Below, one piece after another: positions 45,327 through 54,749 of a DNA stretch of 64,000 nucleotides. The notes below the pieces were generated by a model. It worked only from the letters and a program-made list of their open reading frames with translations. It was not told where the DNA came from and searched no databases. Positions within the stretch are counted from its first letter, which is position 1. Each line of letters opens with the position of its first letter. The translations under genes and the position numbers were made by a program. Source of the stretch: Candidatus Binataceae bacterium (GTDB lineage Bacteria; Desulfobacterota; Binatia; Binatales; Binataceae); contig CAWBLQ010000004.1 of the NCBI GenBank assembly GCA_963789715.1, forward strand, positions 286,367 through 350,366, in the 5' to 3' direction.

Positions 45327-47546
45327 TCAGTCCGCAATCAACCTCAAGTTTGCGAACTTGAGCACCAGCAGCTTGATACCGCCGCGCTCGAAGCTGACCC
45401 ACGCTTTGGCTCCGTCGCCGCGCCCCTCGCGCTTGCGAACGACTCCGCGGCCGAAGGTCGGATGAATGACACGGGCGCCGATCGATAAGCCGTCGCCGCC
45501 GGGACCCGGCTCGTCGTCGGGCAACTGGCTGTCGGCGAAATCGATGTAGGGCTCGCGCGGCGACAGCGGGCGTATCGGCGCGGTCTCGCGCGCGGGCGCG
45601 ATACGGCGAATCAGGGCGGGGTCGATCTCGCGCAGGAATCGCGATTGGCGCGACTCCTGGCGCACGCCGTAGATTTCGCGCGAGAGCGTGTTGGTCAGGT
45701 AGAGCAACTGGCGCGCGCGCGTCATGCCGACGTAGCACAGGCGGCGCTCCTCCTCGACTTCCCCGTCGAGGTCGGCGGAGCGGCTATGCGGAAACAGGCC
45801 TTCCTCCATGCCGGCGATGAACACGATTGGGTATTCGAGACCCTTGGAGGTGTGGAGCGTCATCAGCGCGGCGCGTCCGCCGCTGGAATCGATCTGCTCG
45901 CTGTCACTGACCAGCGCGACGCGTTCGAGGAACTCGGGCAAACCGCCGCCGGACTTCTCGGCGTCGAAGGCGCTGGCTGCGGAAAGCATCTCGGCGAGAT
46001 TTTGCTTGCGCGCGGGCGCGTCGTCGAGCGTGTCGAGGTAGGGCTCGAAGCCGCTGTGCGCCACGACTTCCTCGACAATTGCGCGGACGCTGATCTCCGG
46101 CGCGCGCGCGGCGAGATCGTGCATCCACGCATAGAGCATCCCGGCCTGCTTGGCGATTCTGAGCGCGACCTTGGAGTCAGTCTCGAGCCGGCCCATCGCC
46201 TCGAACACCGTGACGCGCTCGCGCGCAGCCAGTTCGGTGATCGCCTCGAAGGACCTCGCGCCAATCCCGCGCGGCGGCGTGCCGACCATCCGTTCGAGGC
46301 TGACGGCGTCGGCCGGATTGGCGATCACGCGCAGGTAGGCGAGCAGATCCTTGACGTCGCGCTGTTCGTAAAAGCGCACGCCGCCGACGACGTAGTAGGG
46401 GATTCGCCGGCGCACGAGGGCTTCTTCGATCGCGCGCGACTGAGCGTTGACGCGGTAGAAAACGACGACCTCGGCCGGTCTGAAGCCGCCCGCGCCGGTC
46501 AGCCGCGCAATCTCGAGCGCGATGAAATCGGCCTCGTCGCGTTCGGTGACGCCGGTGAAGTATGTGACCGGTTCGCCGGCGGCGTTTTCGGTCCACAGGT
46601 TTTTAATCTTGCGTTCGGTGTTGTTGCGGATGACGGCGCCGGCGGCCGCGAGGATGGTCTTGGTCGAGCGGTAGTTCTGCTCGAGCTTGAAAATCCGCGC
46701 GGCCGGATAGTCGCGCTCGAAATCGAGGATGTTGCGAATGTCGGCGCCGCGCCAGCGGTAGATCGATTGGTCCTCGTCGCCGACCACGCACAGATTTCCC
46801 GATCGGGCGGCGAGCGCCTTCACGATCAGGTACTGGACGCGATTGGTGTCCTGGTACTCGTCGACCAGCAGATGCGCCGCGCGCCGCTGCCAGCGCTCGA
46901 GGACTTCAGGAAAGCGCTCGAACAGCAGCCAGGTCTGCAATTGCAAATCGCTGAAGTCCATCGCGTTCATCGCGCGCATCCGCTCCTGGTAGAGCCGGTA
47001 AATCTGCGCGATCGAAGCCTCGCGCCCGGGCGGAGCGCTCGCGAGCATGTCATCGGGCGCGATCGCCTCATTTTTGGCCTGCTCGATTCGCGCGCGCGCA
47101 AGTTCGAGCGGGGGCGAGTCGGCCAGCGCGGCGTCGTCGAGCACGCGGCGAATGGTGGTCAGCGAATCGCCTTCGTCGAGGATCGAGAAATTGCGATCGT
47201 AGCCAAGCGCGTGACCCTCCTGGCGCAGGATTCGCGCGCACGCGGAGTGGAAGGTGCTCACCCACGGCTGTCGCGCATCGTCGCCGACGAGAGCCGCGAC
47301 GCGCTCGCGCATCTCGTTGGCGGCCTTGTTGGTGAAGGTGACCGCGAGCATCTCGGCGGGCGCCGCCTTGCGCTCGGCCAGGATGTGGGCGATACGGTAG
47401 GTCAGCACGCGGGTCTTGCCCGAGCCGGCGCCGGCGAGGATGAGGATCGGGCCGTCGGGCGCCAGCACAGCGGCGCGCTGTTCAGGATTCAAATCGTCGA
47501 GCTTCACGGTGACCTTCGCGGCGTCAAAACTTCCGGGCGGGAGCAT
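45327..47546 (-). CDS. pcrA: UvrD/PcrA superfamily 1 DNA helicase
   Basis: LAGAGSGKTRVL, TFTNKAA, LVDEYQD, VGDEDQSIYRWRGA, LEQNYRST, HTSKGLE and EERRLCYVGMTRA. Confidence 0.96.
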   Translation of the reverse strand: MLPPGSFDAAKVTVKLDDLNPEQRAAVLAPDGPILILAGAGSGKTRVLTYRIAHILAERKAAPAEMLAVTFTNKAANEMRERVAALVGDDARQPWVSTFHSACARILRQEGHALGYDRNFSILDEGDSLTTIRRVLDDAALADSPPLELARARIEQAKNEAIAPDDMLASAPPGREASIAQIYRLYQERMRAMNAMDFSDLQLQTWLLFERFPEVLERWQRRAAHLLVDEYQDTNRVQYLIVKALAARSGNLCVVGDEDQSIYRWRGADIRNILDFERDYPAARIFKLEQNYRSTKTILAAAGAVIRNNTERKIKNLWTENAAGEPVTYFTGVTERDEADFIALEIARLTGAGGFRPAEVVVFYRVNAQSRAIEEALVRRRIPYYVVGGVRFYEQRDVKDLLAYLRVIANPADAVSLERMVGTPPRGIGARSFEAITELAARERVTVFEAMGRLETDSKVALRIAKQAGMLYAWMHDLAARAPEISVRAIVEEVVAHSGFEPYLDTLDDAPARKQNLAEMLSAASAFDAEKSGGGLPEFLERVALVSDSEQIDSSGGRAALMTLHTSKGLEYPIVFIAGMEEGLFPHSRSADLDGEVEEERRLCYVGMTRARQLLYLTNTLSREIYGVRQESRQSRFLREIDPALIRRIAPARETAPIRPLSPREPYIDFADSQLPDDEPGPGGDGLSIGARVIHPTFGRGVVRKREGRGDGAKAWVSFERGGIKLLVLKFANLRLIAD

Positions 47547-47604
47547 TCAGGATAGCGGCTCCGGCGCGTGCGGCAAAGCGAGCGAGCGTCGAGGCGCGTG
47601 ATCG

Positions 47605-48198
47605 GTGGCGACTTACGAACCACGCGACAGATTTTACCGCAAGGCGCGAGCGATGGGGTTGCCGTCGCGCGCGGCCTTCAAGATCGAGGAGATAGTCGCG
47701 CGCAACCGGCTGGTGAGCCCGGGTGCGCGAATCGTCGATCTCGGATGCGCGCCCGGCGGATGGCTGGCCATACTGGCGGTGGCGTCCGGCGCGAGCGGAC
47801 GCGTGGTCGGGGTCGATCTCGCGCAGGTGAAGAATCCGCCGGCGGGCGCGATCGCGATCGTCGGTGACATCCTGGATCCAGCGGTCGCCGCGCGCGTTCA
47901 GCGGGAGCTCGGTGGACGGGCCGACCTGGTGACGAGCGACCTCGCGCCGAAACTGACGGGCGTCGCCGCGCGCGACGAGGCGCGGTCGCGGGAGCTCGTC
48001 GATTGCGCGTTGGGATTCGCGACCACGATGCTGAAACCGGGCGCCGCGATGGTCGCGAAGGTTTTCATGGGCGCGCAATTCAAGGACATCGTCGATTCAT
48101 TCAAGCGGCATTTCGAAAGGGTCGAGGTGACGCGCACCAAGGCCAGCCGGCCGGGTTCTTCGGAACTGTATGTCGTCGCGCGCGGGTTCCGCGGCTGA
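47605..48198 (+). CDS. rlmE: 23S rRNA Um2552 2'-O-methyltransferase (RrmJ/FtsJ)
   Basis: SRAAFKIEEI, VDLGCAPGGW, VTSDLAP, VAKVF and KASRPGSSELY. Confidence 0.93.
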   Translation: MATYEPRDRFYRKARAMGLPSRAAFKIEEIVARNRLVSPGARIVDLGCAPGGWLAILAVASGASGRVVGVDLAQVKNPPAGAIAIVGDILDPAVAARVQRELGGRADLVTSDLAPKLTGVAARDEARSRELVDCALGFATTMLKPGAAMVAKVFMGAQFKDIVDSFKRHFERVEVTRTKASRPGSSELYVVARGFRG

Positions 48199-48242
48199 CG
48201 CGAACCTTGGCATCAGGCGCACCACGCGCGTAAGGTTTGAGC

Positions 48243-49064
48243 ATGAAGGCTGTCGGCGGAAGGCATCTCTGCCTGCTGCTTCTGGCGGCCGTCGTGGCGG
48301 CCTGCTCATGCGGCCGTTCGCCCTCCAACCCTGCTGCGGGCGTTTCACCCGACGACGTCAGAGTCAAGGTTGCGCGCGTCGGCTTTGACGACCAGACGGG
48401 CACGAACTACGTGCTGCTGCTCGACGCGACCGAGTCGCGCACCTTGCCAATCATGATCGGTGAGAGTGAGGCGCAAGCGATCATGCTTGCGTTGCACGGA
48501 ATCAAGCCCGAACGGCCGTTCACGCATGATTTGATTCGATCGATCATCGGGCAGACCGGGAACCGCGTCGACCGAATCGTGATCGGCGACCTGCGCGACG
48601 AGATCTATTACGCGACGATTTACATGGACGGCGGCCGTTACTCGATCGACAGCCGGCCCAGCGACGCGATCGCGTTGGCGATGGGCATGAACGCACCGAT
48701 TTACGTGAACAACAAGCTTTTCGAGTCGGCGCCCACGCTCGGACTTGGCGCCAGCGGCAAGATTCCCGACACCGCGAGGGCGCTGGGACTCACCGTGGAG
48801 CAACTGACTCCCGACCTGGCGAGCGCGTTCGGCCAGCCCGGCGGGCGCGGCGTGCTGGTCTCGGAGGTCGATTCGTCGGCGAAGAGGGCGGGCGTCGCGC
48901 GCGGCGATATCGTAGTCAAGGTGGGAGATCGCGACGTCAACGCGCTCGACGATTTCAGCCGCCAAACCGCGGGCGTCAAGAGCGGCAGCGCCGTGACCTT
49001 GACGCTGAGCCGCGACGGCGCAAGCCGGATGGTCACGCTGGCCGCGGACGGCGGCGCACGCTAG
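48243..49064 (+). CDS. Bifunctional nuclease (DUF151) domain fused to PDZ, with lipoprotein-like signal
   Basis: LCLLLLAAVVAACSC. LPIMIGESEAQAI, RPFTHDL, IDSRPSDAIALA and PIYV mark the BFN domain. LGLTVEQL...GVLVSEV...AKRAGVARGDIVVKV marks the PDZ domain. Confidence 0.8.
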   Translation: MKAVGGRHLCLLLLAAVVAACSCGRSPSNPAAGVSPDDVRVKVARVGFDDQTGTNYVLLLDATESRTLPIMIGESEAQAIMLALHGIKPERPFTHDLIRSIIGQTGNRVDRIVIGDLRDEIYYATIYMDGGRYSIDSRPSDAIALAMGMNAPIYVNNKLFESAPTLGLGASGKIPDTARALGLTVEQLTPDLASAFGQPGGRGVLVSEVDSSAKRAGVARGDIVVKVGDRDVNALDDFSRQTAGVKSGSAVTLTLSRDGASRMVTLAADGGAR

Positions 49065-49369
49065 ACGGGATTCGCCACGCGCGCCAGCTTTATCGCATGC
49101 TCGGGGCACACGCTCACGCACAGGCCGCATGCGTGGCAATCATCGGCGCGAACCGCGAACGCCTGGCGATTGCCCTGAACCCACGCCTTCAATCGCGACA
49201 TTAACGGCAACGCCCGCTTGTCGTCGTCGCCGAGCTTGCGCACCTCGAAGACGTCGTAAGGGCAGGCCTCGACGCAGTCCTCTTTAGCTTCGCATCGCGT
49301 GCGGTCGATCACGGGCGCAAACAGACCCGCGTCCTGCTTGCATTCGGCCTTCGATGACTCGCTTGCCAC
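49061..49369 (-). CDS. Dicluster ferredoxin
   Basis: CEAKEDCVEACP (second Cys replaced) and CHACGLCVSVCP. Confidence 0.88.
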   Translation of the reverse strand: MASESSKAECKQDAGLFAPVIDRTRCEAKEDCVEACPYDVFEVRKLGDDDKRALPLMSRLKAWVQGNRQAFAVRADDCHACGLCVSVCPEHAIKLARVANPV

Positions 49370-49378
49370 CTGGACCTC

Positions 49379-51088
49379 TTAACCGATTCGCACCAGCACG
49401 CTTTCGATAAAGCGCGGATCGATTTCGCGTTCGCCGCCCAGGTGGGCGAACTCCTCTTCGAGGAGGTTCAGGCAGGAGTTCAGGAAGTCGGCGGTGCGGC
49501 GCAGTGCCGCGTCGTCGAGCCGCGCGGCCAGCGCATGATGCACCTTGGCGCGAAACTCGTCGCTGAGAGTACCCGGTTGACCGGTCATGATCGCCGCGCG
49601 CATCGCGGTCAGCCGGCTGCCTTCGATCGGATCGATCGCGAGGCGGTCGTCCAGCGCCAGGCGCGCGATCCCGGTCAGCACCAGTTGGCTGAGGCGAATT
49701 TCGCGCGCGGCCATTTGCGCGCGGAAGTTGGGCGAGGCGATATCGATCGCGAACATCGCGCGGAACAATTCGGCGGCCGAATCGATCTGATCGAGAATCG
49801 CGTAGCTGAGATGCAGATCGCGCATGCTGCTGAAGTCGCGCATCTCGACAGCCCCGCTGCCGTCCAGCCCGCTGTAGAAGCGCGGCTGGCGCGCCATGAA
49901 GCCGGCCAGCGCCTCGCGGTAAGGCGAGTCGAGGTACGAAATCTCGCGCACCTTGACGCTCGAGAGGCCGAGTTTCTTAAGCGTCTGCTCGGTGCTCGAC
50001 CGCAGATCGATCGTCAGGCTGACGCCAAGGCGAAAGAGCAGTTTCAGCGGAGTATCGCGCAGGTGCTCGATCGCACTTTGCAGGTCGCCGCCGGCCAGAT
50101 GCTCGAGCGCCAGGTTCAAGTAGTGGTGCGTCATCTCGACCGCGACCCGCACCGCTTCAAGGTCGCCGAAATCCACCGCGCGCGCGACCAGCACCTGGTT
50201 GCTGACCATCGCCATCTCGCTGCGGAGCTGGCGTTTGCCTTGCGCGGCGAATCCCGCGGTGAGCGCGGTGTTGAACAGCGACACATCGCCGTCCGCAATC
50301 GCGGGCGCCATCTCGGGCGCGATCACTTCCGTGTCGTCGGGCAGATCGGCGCGGCTCGGCGGCTCGTACTCCGCGCGAATTTTCAGAAACTGCTCGGGCT
50401 TGAGGTAGGCGAACACGCTCTGCGCTTCGAAGAAGTCGGGAAAGCCGCGGTCGCTCAGGCGCGCGCGCCGGAACTGGTAGGCCTCTTCCTCGAGCTCGGC
50501 CTCGACGCCCCAATAGATTTCCTCCATCAGGCCGGCGAAGTAGTTGTAGTCGCGCTCGAACGCCTCTTCGATGAAATCCGAGATGTGCTGGGAAATTGCG
50601 TCGTGGCGGATGAATTCGATCAGGTAATTCTCGTCGTACTGCGCGAAGCGATTGGCGGTCGCGTCCGGCGAGGACGCCGCGTCGTCGATTCGATGCACTT
50701 TGATGTAGCCGCGCAGCAGGATCGACATCATCTCCATGTCGAGCCCCATCAGCGCGTCGGCGAGTTTGCGCCGTCCGCCATCGGCCATCGCCTCGATCCA
50801 TTCGCGCATGCGATGCACGTTGGGACGATCGCGGTTCCAGCAATCGAGATCGAACAGCGACTTGACCTGCTCGGGCATCGCGAGGCTGAGCAGGTCGCCG
50901 GCGTCGGCGCTGCCGATTTCCTTGAGCGTGTAGAAAAGCGTCTCGGGCGAGAACGATTGCACCAGGCGCTCGGCCTCGGGCGCGGAGAGGATCAGGTCGC
51001 GCTTCTGGCGCGCGGGCAGGCCGTAGAGGAACTCCAGCTTTTCCTGAAAGGGAAGGTTGAGAAATTCCGATTCGCCTCTTACCGCCAT
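49379..51088 (-). CDS. Conserved hypothetical acidic helical protein (possibly DUF6178)
   Basis: Long ORF with typical host codon use. LFDLDCW and RARLSDRGFP motifs recalled from this family but not verified. Confidence 0.55.
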   Translation of the reverse strand: MAVRGESEFLNLPFQEKLEFLYGLPARQKRDLILSAPEAERLVQSFSPETLFYTLKEIGSADAGDLLSLAMPEQVKSLFDLDCWNRDRPNVHRMREWIEAMADGGRRKLADALMGLDMEMMSILLRGYIKVHRIDDAASSPDATANRFAQYDENYLIEFIRHDAISQHISDFIEEAFERDYNYFAGLMEEIYWGVEAELEEEAYQFRRARLSDRGFPDFFEAQSVFAYLKPEQFLKIRAEYEPPSRADLPDDTEVIAPEMAPAIADGDVSLFNTALTAGFAAQGKRQLRSEMAMVSNQVLVARAVDFGDLEAVRVAVEMTHHYLNLALEHLAGGDLQSAIEHLRDTPLKLLFRLGVSLTIDLRSSTEQTLKKLGLSSVKVREISYLDSPYREALAGFMARQPRFYSGLDGSGAVEMRDFSSMRDLHLSYAILDQIDSAAELFRAMFAIDIASPNFRAQMAAREIRLSQLVLTGIARLALDDRLAIDPIEGSRLTAMRAAIMTGQPGTLSDEFRAKVHHALAARLDDAALRRTADFLNSCLNLLEEEFAHLGGEREIDPRFIESVLVRIG

Positions 51089-51218
51089 AGGCCTCGCCGC
51101 AATGGTCCAATCTCAAGCGCAAAGTATCGCGCGGTTCCCCAACGGATCAACTAAGCGTGGATCTTTCGCTCGGCCGGGTTGTTAGATAAGATCTTTACAA
51201 CGCATCAGCGCCAATTTC

Positions 51219-52025
51219 TTGGCCTCTCCCAATTCGAAACATCTCGTAGCATTGACCATTGCGGGCAGCGATCCTGGCGGCGGCGCCGGGCTCCAGGCGG
51301 ACGTGAAAACTTTCGCCGCGCTGGGTGTGTACGGCTACTCGGTCATCACGCAGGTGATTGCGCAGAACAGCCGGGTGGTTGCCGAGGTCGAACCCGTATC
51401 GCCCGAGATGGTCGAGGCGCAGCTCGATACGCTGGCGCTGGAATTCGCGCCGCGCGCCGTGAAGACGGGAGCGCTGGCCAACGCGGCGATCGTGAAAGCG
51501 GTGGCGCGCGCGATCGAACGCCTCAAATTGCCGGCGCCGGTGGTCGATCCCGTGATCGTATCGAGCAGCGGCGCGCTGCTGATTGGCCCCAAAGGCGAGC
51601 GCGCGATTCGAAAGCGGCTGATTCCCATCGCGCGCATCGTCACGCCCAATATTCCCGAGGCTGAGGTGCTGACGCGCGTTCGAATCGATTCGGACGCGGC
51701 GATTCGCGAAGCCGCGGTCAAGATCATCAAGCTCGGCGCACGCGCGGTGGTCATCAAGGGCGGGCATCGCAAGGACGACGCGTACGCGACGGATTTGTTT
51801 CACGACGGCCGCCGCTTCATTGAGCTCAAGAGCCGGCGAATAGCAGGCGGCGGCGCGCACGGGACGGGATGCGCTTTCTCGGCGGCGCTCGCGGCGCATC
51901 TTGCGCGCGGGCTCAGCCTAGAGGAGGCGGTGCGCGGCGCGAAACGCTACGTCACCGCGGCGCTCAAGCACAGCTTCAAACTGGGCAAGGGGCGGGCGCT
52001 GCTCGATCACTTCGCGCGCGGCTGA
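51219..52025 (+). CDS. thiD: Hydroxymethylpyrimidine/phosphomethylpyrimidine kinase
   Basis: LTIAGSDPGGGAGLQADVKTF, VVDPV, TPNIPEA, IKGGH and HGTGCAFSAA. Confidence 0.95.
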   Translation: MASPNSKHLVALTIAGSDPGGGAGLQADVKTFAALGVYGYSVITQVIAQNSRVVAEVEPVSPEMVEAQLDTLALEFAPRAVKTGALANAAIVKAVARAIERLKLPAPVVDPVIVSSSGALLIGPKGERAIRKRLIPIARIVTPNIPEAEVLTRVRIDSDAAIREAAVKIIKLGARAVVIKGGHRKDDAYATDLFHDGRRFIELKSRRIAGGGAHGTGCAFSAALAAHLARGLSLEEAVRGAKRYVTAALKHSFKLGKGRALLDHFARG

Positions 52026-52492
52026 TCGCTCTGCGCGATCGCCGGCACGGCGAATTCTTTCAGCGCGGCGGGCAGATTGTGGCTCGGCACCTCTGCGTCG
52101 CCCATCTTCGCCAGCGCGAATCGTTCGTCGCCGTCCAGCCGCGACCAGACCGCAGCGCTCAGATCGAAGCCCGCCGCGCGCGCGTGCGCCACTGCTCGAG
52201 CCGGCGGCGACGCGGGCGGCTCCGCCGCGGCTCGTTGCGCATCGGTGAGGCTCTTCGGCTCGACGCCGAAGCGGCGCTTCATCGCCTCGCGGATGAACAC
52301 TCCGAGCCCGTCGCATTCCTCGGCGGAATCGACGGGGAGATGACAGATCGCGAGCCGCTCGCCGCGGTCGAGCGATTTCCATTGCTCGAGCCCGATTTTC
52401 AGGCCGACCCGATCGAGCTTGCGCCGCACCGCCATAGGGACGCACTGCAGACTTTCGTGCATCTCGTCTTCAAACTTGAATTTGCGAATCAT
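52007..52492 (-). CDS. Nitrate-reductase-associated protein family (Nitr_red_assoc-like)
   Basis: FKFEDEMHESLQCVPMAVRRKLDRVGLKIGLEQW and WSRLDGDERFALAK...SHNLPAALKEF. Confidence 0.78.
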   Translation of the reverse strand: MIRKFKFEDEMHESLQCVPMAVRRKLDRVGLKIGLEQWKSLDRGERLAICHLPVDSAEECDGLGVFIREAMKRRFGVEPKSLTDAQRAAAEPPASPPARAVAHARAAGFDLSAAVWSRLDGDERFALAKMGDAEVPSHNLPAALKEFAVPAIAQSDQPRAK

Positions 52493-52629
52493 TTGAACCT
52501 CCGGCCCGCGCGCAACTGTCAGGTTGCAATATGCAACCGGGCGGATCAAGATCGCCGGCCACGCGGCGCCGGCGATGGGTCCGTGTTTGCCAGCATCAAT
52601 CGTGGTATAGCGATTCCATAGTGTCTGCG

Positions 52630-53136
52630 ATGGACGCAAGCAATTCCAGAAATGGCGGCGCCGCCTGGGACGCGCGGGTGATTGACGAAATCGTCGCCGG
52701 CCTGGCCGACAAGCCCGGTGCGCTGATGCCGGTGCTGCACGCGGTGCAGGAGCGCATCGGTTACATACCGCCGGACGCGGTGCCGGCGATTGCGCGAGCG
52801 CTGAATCTTTCGCGCGCCGAGGTCCACGGAGTCATCAGCTTCTATCACGATTTCCACAGCGAGCGGCGTGGGCGAAAAATCATTCGCGTCTGCCGCGCCG
52901 AGTCGTGCCAGGCGATGGGCGCGGATGCGCTCGCGGCGCATATTCAAGCGCGCCTTGGAATTGATTTCGGGCAGACCAGCGGCAACGGCGACTTCACGCT
53001 CGAGCCGGTCTATTGTCTCGGCAACTGCGCGTGCTCGCCGGCGATCGTGGTCGGCGACGATCTGCACGGCCGCGTCACACCCGCGCGCTTCGACGAAATC
53101 CTGTCGGGGGTCGCCTCGACGAGGCAGCCGCGATGA
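52630..53136 (+). CDS. fdsG: NAD-dependent formate dehydrogenase gamma subunit (NuoE-like, 2Fe-2S)
   Basis: LMPVLHAVQE, SRAEVHGVISFYHDF, CRAESCQAMG and VYCLGNCACSP. Confidence 0.92.
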   Translation: MDASNSRNGGAAWDARVIDEIVAGLADKPGALMPVLHAVQERIGYIPPDAVPAIARALNLSRAEVHGVISFYHDFHSERRGRKIIRVCRAESCQAMGADALAAHIQARLGIDFGQTSGNGDFTLEPVYCLGNCACSPAIVVGDDLHGRVTPARFDEILSGVASTRQPR

Positions 53137-54749
53137 CTGCCGTCGTGTACGTTCCCCGCGATTCGAGCGCGGTGTCGCTCGGGGCGGACGTGGTGGCCGA
53201 GGCGATTCGAAGTGAAGCGGCGGCGCGCAGGCTGGACCTAAAGATCGTGCGCAACGGTTCGCGCGGGATGTTCTCGCATGAGCCGATGGTCGAGGTCGCG
53301 TCCGGCGCCGGGCGGATCGCGTACGGGCCGGTCGCGGCTGGCGACGTAGCATCGCTGTTCGATTCGAACTTTCTCGACGGCCGCGAGCATCGCCTGCGGC
53401 TCGGCGTCGCCGGGGAGATCCCCTGGCTCAAGTCGCAGACTCGCCTCACGTTCGCGCGCATGGGCGTGATCGATCCCGTCTCGCTCGACGACTTCGTCGC
53501 GCACGGCGGATATCGCGGGCTGACGCGCGCGATCGAGCTCGGTGCCGACGCGATTGTTGCCGAGGTCACGCAGTCCGGTCTTCGCGGGCGTGGCGGCGCG
53601 GGATTTCCGACCGGCATCAAGTGGAAGGCCGCGTTGGATGCGCCGGCGATGCCGAAGTATGTCGTCTGCAACGCCGACGAAGGCGATTCCGGCACCTTTT
53701 CCGACCGCATGATCATGGAGGGAGATCCCTTCGAGCTGATCGAAGGGATGACTATCGCGGCGCTCGCCGTTGGCGCGACGCAAGGCTACATCTACCTTCG
53801 ATCTGAGTATCCGCACGCGCGTCGCGCACTCAGCGAAGCGATCGCGACTGCCTATTCGAATGGCTATTTGGGCGCGAACGTTGTTGGTACCGGCAAATCG
53901 TTCGAGCTTGAGATTCGGCTTGGCGCGGGCGCGTACATCTGCGGCGAAGAGACTGCGATGCTCGAAAGCATCGAGGGCCGCCGCGGGATGGTTCGCTTCA
54001 AGCCGCCGATTCCCGCGCTGGAAGGGCTGTTCGGCAAGCCGACGGTGATCAACAACGTGGTCTCGTTCGCGACCGTTCCGATCGTCATCGAGCGCGGTGC
54101 GGAATTTTTCCGCGACTACGGCGCCGGCAACTCGCGCGGCACGATACCGTTCCAGCTCGCCGGCAACGCCAAACGCCCGGGGCTGATCGAAACGTCGATG
54201 GGCGTGACGCTTCGCGAAATCGTCCACGACTACGGCGCCGGCACCGCCAGCGGCAAGCCGCTTCGCGCCGTGCAGGTGGGCGGACCACTGGGCGCGTATT
54301 TCCCCGAATCGATGCTCGACGTGGCGCTGGACTTTGAATCGATCGCGGCGCGGGGCGGAATCCTGGGCCACGGCGGAATCGTCGTCTTCGACGAGACGGT
54401 CGACATGGCGCGGATGGCGCGCTACGCGATGGAATTTTGCGCGATCGAATCGTGCGGAAAGTGCACGCCGTGCCGAATCGGATCGATTCGCGGCGCCGAG
54501 CTGATCGACGATATTGTCAATCGGCGCCGACCGCGCGAGAATCTCGAGGTGCTTCGCGATCTGTGCGACACGATGAAGTTCGGCTCGCTGTGCGCGCTCG
54601 GGGGTCTGACGCCGTTGCCGGTTTTGAGTGCGCTCAAATATTTTCCCGGGGACTTCGGTCTAACGCCGCGCGACGTTGACTTCATCGGCGCGGACTTGCC
54701 GCTCTCGCCGCCAGGAGCCGGCTCCAGCCATGCGATCGCGGAGCGATAA
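53133..54749 (+). CDS. fdsB: NAD-dependent formate dehydrogenase beta subunit (NuoF-like, FMN/4Fe-4S)
   Basis: RNGSRG, GLRGRGGAGFPTGIKW, CNADEGDSG, GAYICGEETA and ESCGKCTPCRIG...SLCALG. ATGA overlap with fdsG. Confidence 0.93.
   Translation: MTAVVYVPRDSSAVSLGADVVAEAIRSEAAARRLDLKIVRNGSRGMFSHEPMVEVASGAGRIAYGPVAAGDVASLFDSNFLDGREHRLRLGVAGEIPWLKSQTRLTFARMGVIDPVSLDDFVAHGGYRGLTRAIELGADAIVAEVTQSGLRGRGGAGFPTGIKWKAALDAPAMPKYVVCNADEGDSGTFSDRMIMEGDPFELIEGMTIAALAVGATQGYIYLRSEYPHARRALSEAIATAYSNGYLGANVVGTGKSFELEIRLGAGAYICGEETAMLESIEGRRGMVRFKPPIPALEGLFGKPTVINNVVSFATVPIVIERGAEFFRDYGAGNSRGTIPFQLAGNAKRPGLIETSMGVTLREIVHDYGAGTASGKPLRAVQVGGPLGAYFPESMLDVALDFESIAARGGILGHGGIVVFDETVDMARMARYAMEFCAIESCGKCTPCRIGSIRGAELIDDIVNRRRPRENLEVLRDLCDTMKFGSLCALGGLTPLPVLSALKYFPGDFGLTPRDVDFIGADLPLSPPGAGSSHAIAER

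Noticed and set aside
51089-51218. TPP riboswitch upstream of thiD
   Set aside because: No CUGAGA core or matching helices were visible. The region is short and shared with a divergent gene.
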